A stretch of 11,771 nt of DNA from Planctomycetota bacterium (GCA_045863855.1 BTVV01000165.1:1-11771), one strand, 5' to 3'; positions 1-9,602 are shown, counted from the stretch's first letter. The notes: generated from the letters alone by a model not told the origin. Translations and numbers: made by a program.

Positions 1-1444
1 TGTAGTAATAGAGGCTGATCACGCTATTCAGGCCCATCACGACCACCAGCAGCCAGTTCCCGGCGGATGCCAGTTCGAGCATGATCAGGTATTTGCCGAT
101 GAAACCCGCCAGCGGCGGCATGCCCGTGAGGCTGAACAGGAAGATCACCAGCGCCGTGCCCAGCAACGGTTCGCGCCGGATCGTTCCGCGCAGCTTATCG
201 AGATCGCAGCTTCCGCGTATGTTCTCCAGCGCGACCAGCACCAGGAAGGCGCCGAGGTTCATCAGCAGGTACACGACAAGGTAAAAGAGAACCGCCGCCG
301 CTCCGTTGGCATTGGAAAGCGCAGCCAGCCCGGCCAGCATGTACCCGGCGTGCGCGATGGAACTGTACGCCAGCATGCGCTTGGCGTTGCTTTGGCCCAG
401 CGCCGCTAGGTTCCCGATCGTCATCGTAAGGATTGCCACCACGGCGAGAATCTTCTCGGCGGTCAGGAAATTGAAGCCTTGGTCATCGATGTCACCGATG
501 GGGAAGAAGGCGGCGATCACTCGCACCAGCACCGCGAATCCGGCGGCCTTGGGAACCACGCTGAAGAATCCGGTGGCCGTGGTCGGCGCGCCTTCGTAGA
601 CGTCGGGCGCCCAATAGTGGAAAGGCACCGCGGCGATCTTGTAGAGCAGCCCCGCGAAGACCATGGCCAGCACCGCCGCCAACGCGCCGCGCGTGTGCGG
701 AGCGTGACCGGCTTCCAGGCCGCGGAATTGCGCAGCGACCTCGTCGAGATTCAGCGTGCCCGTCAGCCCGTACAGGTACGAAATGCCGAAGATCATGATC
801 CCGCTGGCCATCGCGCCGTACATGACGTATTTCAGGCCCGCCTCGCTCGACTTGCGGTCGCAGCGCAGGAAGCCCGCCATTGCGTAGCTTACGATCGAGA
901 GCGATTCCAACGAAAGGTACAGCATCAGCAGATTGGTCGAGCTGGCCAGAAACATCCCGCCCAGGCACGTCGCCGCCAGGAGCAGGATGAACTCCCCGCG
1001 ACCGTTGGACTCGAGTTCCTTGGCGTTCAGCGCGATCAGCACTGTGACGATGGTGCCCAGCAGCAGCACGAATTTTACGAAGGTGCCGAACGAGTCGCGT
1101 ACGACCATCTTGCTGTAAATGAAGTCTTGGCTGGTCATGTCGGTGTTGCGAGTAACGGTAACGGTCGCGCCGTCTCGGCCCGTCGAATAAACCGTAACCG
1201 CCTGATCCAGGCTGCCGACGTACGCCTTCATGTCGTTTACATTGACCCACAGCGCAAGAAGCAGGCCGATCAGCAGCACATACGTGCCCGTCTTGCGGCG
1301 TTCGGCATTCTCGGCATCCCTGGCAGGGAGCGCCAATTCCACCACGAGCCCGAAAATGAAGGCGAGCGCCACCATCACCTCGGGCAGGATCAGGCCGAGG
1401 TCGGTGGCATTGCGGGAGAGCAGTTCGGCGAAGCCTTGGGGCAT
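1..1444 (-). CDS. nuoN: NADH-quinone oxidoreductase subunit N (partial; 3' end beyond window start)
   Basis: Not in the ORF track. Manual translation from ATG at 1444-1442 (MPQGFAELLSRNATDLGLILPEVMV...) is open to position 2. Motifs: LYLSLESLSIVSYAMAG, RKSSEAGLKYVMYGAMASG, LYKIAAVPFHYWAPDVYEGAPT, KRMLAYSSIAHAGY, FSLTGMPPLAGFIGKY, NSVISLYYY. Starts 11 nt after the nuoM stop. Confidence 0.96.
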   Translation of the reverse strand, partial: MPQGFAELLSRNATDLGLILPEVMVALAFIFGLVVELALPARDAENAERRKTGTYVLLIGLLLALWVNVNDMKAYVGSLDQAVTVYSTGRDGATVTVTRNTDMTSQDFIYSKMVVRDSFGTFVKFVLLLGTIVTVLIALNAKELESNGRGEFILLLAATCLGGMFLASSTNLLMLYLSLESLSIVSYAMAGFLRCDRKSSEAGLKYVMYGAMASGIMIFGISYLYGLTGTLNLDEVAAQFRGLEAGHAPHTRGALAAVLAMVFAGLLYKIAAVPFHYWAPDVYEGAPTTATGFFSVVPKAAGFAVLVRVIAAFFPIGDIDDQGFNFLTAEKILAVVAILTMTIGNLAALGQSNAKRMLAYSSIAHAGYMLAGLAALSNANGAAAVLFYLVVYLLMNLGAFLVLVALENIRGSCDLDKLRGTIRREPLLGTALVIFLFSLTGMPPLAGFIGKYLIMLELASAGNWLLVVVMGLNSVISLYYY

Positions 1445-1455
1445 GGGGCGGCTCT

Positions 1456-3660
<2,205 letters not shown>

Positions 3661-3709
3661 GTCGTGACTCCACGAGAAGCTCCGGACGCCCCATGCGGGG
3701 CTCCGGCGA

Positions 3710-6028
3710 CTACACCATCATCAGCACCAACAGCACCACCGCCACGGCGCCGAACGTCAGGCACACATAGTACTGAATCCGTCCGGCCTGCAGCGTCCGC
3801 GCCACCGTGCCCAGCATCCACGTCGCCACGCCGAACGCATCCACGCACTTGTCCACGAACCACGTGTCGATCGCGCTGGATACCCGCGCGATCGAACGCA
3901 CGAAGTACGCCCACCCGTCCACCAGGATCTGGTCGATCACGCCAAAATCGAAGACGTAGAACATCCGGTTCAGCGATTTTGCGAAGGGCACGATCCCGTC
4001 CTGGTACAACCGGTCGAAGAACCAAAGCTGCGCGCAGAGCTGCCACGCCAATCCCAAGGTGGCCGGATTCCGCTCGAGCAGCCGGTCCACGTCGATCTTC
4101 TTCGAACCGTACATCAGCCAAGCCAGCAGCGCGCCCAGCACCATGCCCAACACGGACAAGCCCGTCGCCCAAACGTGCGCGACCCCGTGCAATTTGTAGT
4201 GCTCGGCCCCATGCCCGCTTTCCACTATGTGCCGCAGTTCTTCCCCACGCACAGGGGACGTCATCGTGGCATTCAGCCAGCCTTGCGCTTTTTGAATCAA
4301 CTCGCCCTGCTTATCCACGTACGGTGCCTCCAGCTTCGGCGTGCCGAAGGCAATCAGGTCCCCGCCGATCAGATGGCTGCTCCACCAGAAACCCAGGCAG
4401 CCCACCGCGAGAATCAGGAGCGGAACGGTCGCGATCGGCGGCGATTCGTGGCAGTGCTCGTAGACGTGCTTGTCGCGCGGCTCGCCGAAGAACGACCAGA
4501 AGAGCATCCGGCACATGTAGAACGTGGTCAGCGCCGCAGTGAGCTGGCCAAGCACGTACGGCGCCCAGTGCAGCCGCCCTTCGCCCAGCGCCTTCTCGAG
4601 CGACGCGGCGAGAATCATGTCCTTGCTGAAGAAGCCGCTGAACCCTGGGAAGCCGATGATTGCCAGCACACCCGCGCAAGTGGCGATAAAGGTGAGCGGC
4701 ATCTTCTTGCGCAGCCCGCCCATGCGGTTCATGTCTTGCAGGTGGTGGCAGGCGTGGATCACGCTGCCGGCGCACAGGAAGAGCATGCACTTGAAGACCG
4801 CGTGCGTGTACAGGTGCGCGACGCCCGAGGTGTAATTCCCCGAGCCCAGCCCGATCATCATGTAGCCCAACTGCGAAATAGTGCTGTAGGCCAGGACGGC
4901 CTTGATATCCCACTGCACCATCGCCATCGTCGCGGCCAGAAAGGCGGTGATCCCGCCGATCATGGCGACGAAGAAGAGCGAACCCTCGGTGAGCAGCGGA
5001 TGGATGCGCGCGGTCATGTACACGCCTGCGGCCACCATCGTCGCGGCGTGGATGATCGAACTGCCCGTCGTCGGGCCCTGCATCGCGTCGGGCAGCCACG
5101 AATGCAGCGGGAACTGCGCGCTCTTGCCGATCGCGCCCATGAACGTGAGGATCCCGGCCAGCGTCAGGAGTTCCACCCCCGTAAACGCGCAGCCGAAGAG
5201 TTTGATCGTGACTTGGTCGAAGGCCCCGGCCGACTTGGCGGCGTACAGCGTGCCGAAATCCAGGGGCGAATTCGCGTAGCCGTTGGCCTGGTTGGCCACG
5301 CACAGCATCGTGGTCAGGAAAAGCATGATCCCGGCCATGAACCCGAAGTCGCCGATGCGGTTCATGACGAAGGCTTTTTTCTGCGCGTGCGCCGGCGACA
5401 AATAGCGTTCGTCGATGCCCGTCGCGTAAGGCGCTTTCAACTCCTGGTAATGGTGATCCTTGGAAACCGTGGGCTTGTAGAACCAGAACCCGATCAGGAA
5501 GTAACTGCCCAAGCCGACGAGCTCCCAGAAGACGAAGGTCATCAGCAGGTTGCTGCTGAAGACGATGCCCAGCATGGCGAAGCAGAAAAAGCCCATGAAA
5601 GCGAAGTAGCGGCGGTACATGGTATCGCCGTGCAGATAAAAGATGCTGAAGATCAATACCAGCGTCGCGAGGCCCGTGACCACCAGCGCCATGAAGGTCG
5701 AGAGGTTATCGACCAAGAGCCCCAGCGAGAATACGCCCGCCGGACCGAAGTTCATCCACGACGCGGAGACGACGAACGGCTTGGCCTGCGCCTGCGCCCA
5801 GCCTTCGTGGTCCGCTCCGCCGGCCCGCAGATTGACCGTAAAGAGCACCACCGAAAGCAGGAACGCGATGCCCATCAGCCCGATGGCGAGGTAGTCGGCG
5901 CCCTTATCCAGCTTGCGTCCCGCGAAAAGCAGAATGGCGAAGGTCAGCAGCGGCAGGAACAGAATCGCCAACGGCGCCCAGGTGAGTACCTGGATTTCGG
6001 TGCCGTAGACTTGACTGAGGGCGTCCAT
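3710..6028 (-). CDS. nuoL: NADH-quinone oxidoreductase subunit L (772 aa, elongated lateral helix)
   Basis: Motifs FWELVGLGSYFLIGFW, KKAFVMNRIGD, GKSAQFPLHSWLPDAM.GPT, HAATMVAAGVY, KAVLAYSTISQLGYM, THAVFK.MLFL.AGSVIH, GFFSKD, and a C-terminal amphipathic helix ending LQAGRIQYY followed by a final TM helix. Confidence 0.97.
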   Translation of the reverse strand: MDALSQVYGTEIQVLTWAPLAILFLPLLTFAILLFAGRKLDKGADYLAIGLMGIAFLLSVVLFTVNLRAGGADHEGWAQAQAKPFVVSASWMNFGPAGVFSLGLLVDNLSTFMALVVTGLATLVLIFSIFYLHGDTMYRRYFAFMGFFCFAMLGIVFSSNLLMTFVFWELVGLGSYFLIGFWFYKPTVSKDHHYQELKAPYATGIDERYLSPAHAQKKAFVMNRIGDFGFMAGIMLFLTTMLCVANQANGYANSPLDFGTLYAAKSAGAFDQVTIKLFGCAFTGVELLTLAGILTFMGAIGKSAQFPLHSWLPDAMQGPTTGSSIIHAATMVAAGVYMTARIHPLLTEGSLFFVAMIGGITAFLAATMAMVQWDIKAVLAYSTISQLGYMMIGLGSGNYTSGVAHLYTHAVFKCMLFLCAGSVIHACHHLQDMNRMGGLRKKMPLTFIATCAGVLAIIGFPGFSGFFSKDMILAASLEKALGEGRLHWAPYVLGQLTAALTTFYMCRMLFWSFFGEPRDKHVYEHCHESPPIATVPLLILAVGCLGFWWSSHLIGGDLIAFGTPKLEAPYVDKQGELIQKAQGWLNATMTSPVRGEELRHIVESGHGAEHYKLHGVAHVWATGLSVLGMVLGALLAWLMYGSKKIDVDRLLERNPATLGLAWQLCAQLWFFDRLYQDGIVPFAKSLNRMFYVFDFGVIDQILVDGWAYFVRSIARVSSAIDTWFVDKCVDAFGVATWMLGTVARTLQAGRIQYYVCLTFGAVAVVLLVLMMV

Positions 6029-6061
6029 ACGTATTCCGTCGTCCGTGGGTGCCTGTCCAAC

Positions 6062-6439
6062 CTACATCCGCAATTCGTCCACGCGGTCCATCTCGATGCT
6101 CCGGTGCGTCTGGAAGACCGCGAGCACCAGCGCCAACGCCACCGCCGCTTCCGCGGCCGCCAGCACGATGATGAACAGCGTGAAGATCTGCCCGTCGAAG
6201 CCGTGGTAACCGGCTTGATGTCCGTTGAAGCGCGCGAAGGCGACGAAGTTGATGCCCGAGGCGTTAAGGATCAATTCCACACCCATCAGGATGCCCACCG
6301 CGTTCTTGCGGCTGACCATCGCGAAGATGCCCAGCGCGAACAGCAGGCCGCCCAGAATCAGGTAGTTAAACAGATGGTCCGGCCCGGAACTCAACAGGCC
6401 CCGGTCGGCCAGCAAGAGGCTCTGCGCGAAGGCGTCCAC
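6062..6439 (-). CDS. nuoK: NADH-quinone oxidoreductase subunit K
   Basis: Three hydrophobic segments, RKNAVGILMGVELILN and AAAEAAVALA with both conserved Glu residues. GTG start lies 1 nt after the nuoJ stop. Confidence 0.95.
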   Translation of the reverse strand: MDAFAQSLLLADRGLLSSGPDHLFNYLILGGLLFALGIFAMVSRKNAVGILMGVELILNASGINFVAFARFNGHQAGYHGFDGQIFTLFIIVLAAAEAAVALALVLAVFQTHRSIEMDRVDELRM

Positions 6440-6440
6440 G

Positions 6441-6983
6441 TCAGCGGGTCTCCTTGCGCACGATCGCCACCGCGCCCACCAGCGCGGCCAGGATCAAGAT
6501 CGAAGCCACCTCGAACGGCAGGAGGTACTCGCCCAGCAGCACGTGCCCCAGCGCGACTTCGCCCGGCGCGGCACTGACCGTCGTGCGGTACGCCGCATCG
6601 GCGTGCGCGTTCGCTTCCGCCAGCGGCACCTGCAGCCGGTTGATCAACATGATCGTCGCGGCCAGCACCACCCCGGCCACCAGCGCGCCCCCGCCCAGCG
6701 CCAACCACGTCCGGCGCGGCTCGACCGTACCTTCCTGCGTATGCGCTGAGAACATGATCGCGAACATCACCAGCACGATAATGCCGCCGACGTACACAAT
6801 GAGCTGCACCGCCGCCAGAAAGTCCGCATGCAGAAAGATATAGATCCCCGCCACACCCAGGAACGCCACCGCCAGCGCGAACGCCGCATGCAGGATGTTC
6901 CGCGCCACTACCACGAAGGTTGCGGCGGTCACGGTCATCAACACCACGATCCAAAAAAGCAGGGTCGCCAGCATGGAATGCAT
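6441..6983 (-). CDS. nuoJ: NADH-quinone oxidoreductase subunit J
   Basis: Motifs NILHAAFAL, L.ADFLAAVQLIVYVGGIIVL.MFAIM, EYLLPFEVASILILAALVGA. Start uncertain: ATG 6983, ATG 6974 or GTG 6995. Confidence 0.93.
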   Translation of the reverse strand: MHSMLATLLFWIVVLMTVTAATFVVVARNILHAAFALAVAFLGVAGIYIFLHADFLAAVQLIVYVGGIIVLVMFAIMFSAHTQEGTVEPRRTWLALGGGALVAGVVLAATIMLINRLQVPLAEANAHADAAYRTTVSAAPGEVALGHVLLGEYLLPFEVASILILAALVGAVAIVRKETR

Positions 6984-7056
6984 CGCCCGGACCACGGCAG
7001 CCCGCGCCTCGGCGCGGCCCGCCTATCCCTGAGGTGAGAAGCAAATGAAGCAGCCG

Positions 7057-7084
7057 AATATAGCCGCCTGCCACACGCCTGCAA
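7057..7084 (-). promoter_or_regulatory. Putative sigma70-type internal promoter for nuoJKLMN
   Basis: Minus strand TTGCAG (7084-7079), 16-nt spacer, TATATT (7062-7057). Lies downstream of the nuoI terminator and ~75 nt upstream of nuoJ. Visual match to consensus only. Confidence 0.45.
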
Positions 7085-7161
7085 GCAACTCAACCACTAA
7101 TCGGGGAAGATGCTTAGCCGCACGCAACGCATCGTGCAGGCGTAAGCGCAAAAGTGGCTCC

Positions 7162-7197
7162 AAACGAAACAGCCCGGCGATTGAGCCGGGCTGTTTT
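7162..7197 (-). terminator. Intrinsic (rho-independent) terminator after nuoI
   Basis: Perfect 12-bp inverted repeat AAACAGCCCGGC (7167-7178) / GCCGGGCTGTTT (7185-7196) with a 6-nt loop. On the minus strand it ends in TTTCGTTT, ~22 nt after the nuoI stop. The plus strand also ends in TTTT, so it may be bidirectional. Confidence 0.7.
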
Positions 7198-7218
7198 CGC
7201 ATCGTGCGTGCTCGAATT

Positions 7219-7965
7219 CTAGCTGGCCGGCGGCGGTGCATCGCCGGCAGGCTTGGCGTCCGCGGTACCTTCGGCCGGCTTGGCTTCGGCGGCGGGCTTC
7301 GGCGCAACGGCTGGCTTGGCGGCAGCTGGCGCCGCGGCGGGCTTCGCGGCAGCCGCGGCTTTGGCGGCGGCGGCCTTCTTGGCCGCGGCTTCGGCCGTTT
7401 TGATGCGCTTCTCTTCGGCCAGCCGGATACGCATCTTCTCGGTCTTGATCTTCTCGTCGTCGGCGTAGAAGCCCACGCCGAACTCGCGGATGAGGCCGTG
7501 CAAATTCGAGCGCCCCCCCGTGGTGTCGGGCGTGCCGGCGCGCGTGGAACCCCACCACTCTTTCGTCATCGTCAGGCAGCCGGTCGGGCAGGCGAAGACG
7601 CACAGCCCGCAGTACATGCACTTGAGGATGTCGATGTCGAAGCGGCTGGGGCGCCACTTGTTCGAGACGGTTTTTTCGCCGTCGATGAAGAAGCAGTCGA
7701 TCGGGCAGGCCTTCGAACAGTTGCGGCAGACGATGCAACGCTCGATGTCGTTGTGCAGGTGTCCGCGGAATCGGTCGGCCACCTTCACTTCGCCGCGCGT
7801 CTGCGCCGATCCGTCCCACGTAACCGTATTCGGCGCAATGTCGTCGTCGACCTTTCCGCCGATGTTCTCCATGACCATGTTCTTGCCGAGGTAACCGCCG
7901 GTCACCTTCATGCCGACCATGAAGGACTTGACGCCGTCGTAGATGTCGCGAACGAAGTCGATCAT
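7219..7965 (-). CDS. nuoI: NADH-quinone oxidoreductase subunit I (2x[4Fe-4S]) with Lys/Ala/Pro-rich C-terminal tail
   Basis: DRFRGHL, CIVCRNCSKACP and CMYCGLCVFACP ferredoxin-type motifs. Located between nuoH and nuoJ. SD AGGAG at 7980-7976. Confidence 0.94.
   Translation of the reverse strand: MIDFVRDIYDGVKSFMVGMKVTGGYLGKNMVMENIGGKVDDDIAPNTVTWDGSAQTRGEVKVADRFRGHLHNDIERCIVCRNCSKACPIDCFFIDGEKTVSNKWRPSRFDIDILKCMYCGLCVFACPTGCLTMTKEWWGSTRAGTPDTTGGRSNLHGLIREFGVGFYADDEKIKTEKMRIRLAEEKRIKTAEAAAKKAAAAKAAAAAKPAAAPAAAKPAVAPKPAAEAKPAEGTADAKPAGDAPPPAS
7222..7398 (-). repeat. Low-complexity Ala/Lys/Pro repeat (AAAK/KPAA units) in the nuoI 3' end
   Basis: Encodes AEAAAKKAAAAKAAAAAKPAAAPAAAKPAVAPKPAAEAKPAEGTADAKPAGDAPPPAS. 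Recurrent (g)gctt / gccgc units in the DNA. Confidence 0.8.
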
Positions 7966-8007
7966 CGCTGCCGTTCTCCTGCACGCCGCTGCCGGCGGCC
8001 GCCCTGC

Positions 8008-9546
8008 TTAAAACTTGGTGCCCTGCGCGATCACGTTGCCTTCCACCAGCAACTTGCGCGACTTCTGCTCGTCGGGCGAAAGTTTCTTGAAGCCGAACCA
8101 CCAGATGATTCCGATCGCGCTCAATACGCAGACCGCGCAGGAAATCCCCGCCGTGGCGTTGTTCAGCGCATCCGCGCCGTACTTTTCCGCGACGTAAGGG
8201 CGCACCAGCATCCAGCCGGACACACCCACCAGACAGGACATGCCCAGCGGGATCAGCTTCTTCCAGCACAGCGTCATCATCTGGTCGACGCGGAAACGCG
8301 GGAGCGTCCAGCGAATCCACATCATCACGAAGACCAGCGCGTAGGTCTTGATCAGGAATGCAGCCAGATGCATCAGCGATCCCCAAATACTGAAGATCGG
8401 CGCGGTAGCGACCAAGCCCGTGGCGGGATTAATCTCACCGGGCCGAACCTGCATCGCCCAGTTTTCGAGAGGCGCAATGCCCGTCGACCACCCGCCCAGG
8501 AAAATCGTCACCGCGATCGCGCATGTGACGCACATCATCGCATACTCGGCCATGAAGAAGAACGCGAAGCGCATCCCCGAGTATTCGGTGTGGTAGCCGG
8601 CCACGAGTTCGGATTCCGCCTCGGGAATATCGAACGGCGTGCGGTTGCACTCGGCCAGCGCCGCAAGGTAGTAGACCGGGAAGAGCACGAACATGAACGG
8701 GCTGGAGAAGACGTTCCAATTCCAGGCCCAGCCTTCGCTCCATCCGGCCCCGTCGAAGCCGAACTGCGCGACCGTCATGCCCTGCATCGACATCGTGCCG
8801 CTGATCACGATGCCGGTCAGGAGCGCCAGCCCCACCGGGATTTCGTAGCTGACGATCTGTGCGGCGCTGCGCATGCCGCCCAGGAGCGCCCACTTGTTGT
8901 TCGAGGCCCAACCTGCCATCAGGATTCCGATCGCTTCGATGCTGGTAATCGCCGCGATGTAGAAAACGCCGATGTTGAAGTCCGCGATGTAGAAGCGGTC
9001 GCTGTACGGCAAGGCCGCCAGCGCGCCAAAGGCCGAGGCCAGCACGATGGTCGGCGCCAGCTTGAACATCGGCTTATCGGCCGCGGCCGGGACCAGGTCT
9101 TCCTTCATGATCAGCTTGATGCCGTCGGCCAGGAAGATCAGCAACCCCGGCAGCCATCGTCCCAGTGTGGCGTCGAGGAGTTTGAAGACGCCCACCAGCG
9201 GCGCGGCGATTTGGGCGAAGAGTTTCTCGCCGGGCCGAGCATTGGGGCGGCCGGCGCGTTCGATGGCTTCCGAGAAGACCGCGCCTAGGAAATTGCTGGG
9301 CTGGCACTGATTCGGTCCCACGCGGCGCTGAATGTCCGCCGCGACCTTGCGCTCGATGTACGTGCTCCCGCCGGCCACCGCCTGAATCAGCCCGAAGGCG
9401 ATCAGGACCGGAATCAGAGCGGCGATCACCACGGCCACCGTCTCGGGCTGGACGTGTATCCAGACCATGCCAAAGAGCTTGACGATGGCATCCACCACCC
9501 ACCGGCTCGCCTCGCCTTGCAGCAACCACTCGTACAAAGGAACCAT
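8008..9546 (-). CDS. nuoH: NADH-quinone oxidoreductase subunit H (512 aa, with insertions)
   Basis: Motifs ERKVAADIQRRVGPN, ADGIKLIMKED, GWASNNKWALLGGMRSAAQIVSYE, AECNRTPFDIPEAESELVAGYHTEYSG, WIRWTLPRFRVDQ...WKKLIP. Confidence 0.97.
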   Translation of the reverse strand: MVPLYEWLLQGEASRWVVDAIVKLFGMVWIHVQPETVAVVIAALIPVLIAFGLIQAVAGGSTYIERKVAADIQRRVGPNQCQPSNFLGAVFSEAIERAGRPNARPGEKLFAQIAAPLVGVFKLLDATLGRWLPGLLIFLADGIKLIMKEDLVPAAADKPMFKLAPTIVLASAFGALAALPYSDRFYIADFNIGVFYIAAITSIEAIGILMAGWASNNKWALLGGMRSAAQIVSYEIPVGLALLTGIVISGTMSMQGMTVAQFGFDGAGWSEGWAWNWNVFSSPFMFVLFPVYYLAALAECNRTPFDIPEAESELVAGYHTEYSGMRFAFFFMAEYAMMCVTCAIAVTIFLGGWSTGIAPLENWAMQVRPGEINPATGLVATAPIFSIWGSLMHLAAFLIKTYALVFVMMWIRWTLPRFRVDQMMTLCWKKLIPLGMSCLVGVSGWMLVRPYVAEKYGADALNNATAGISCAVCVLSAIGIIWWFGFKKLSPDEQKSRKLLVEGNVIAQGTKF

Positions 9547-9578
9547 CGGTGCTCGTCCCGCTCTAAGAGTTGTTCGCA

Positions 9579-9602
9579 GTCCGTGCCCGATCGAGCACGG
9601 AC
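9579..9602 (-). other. 24-nt inverted repeat / mRNA stem-loop between the lipoprotein gene and nuoH
   Basis: GTCCGTGCCCGATCGAGCACGGAC. The only imperfect pair is a C-A mismatch on the plus strand but a G-U wobble on the minus (transcribed) strand. No U tract follows. Confidence 0.55.

Noticed and set aside
6996..7160. Riboswitch or sRNA in the nuoI-nuoJ gap
   Set aside because: Only a weak imperfect stem (about 7118-7140) and no recognisable aptamer consensus. An Rfam scan would be needed.
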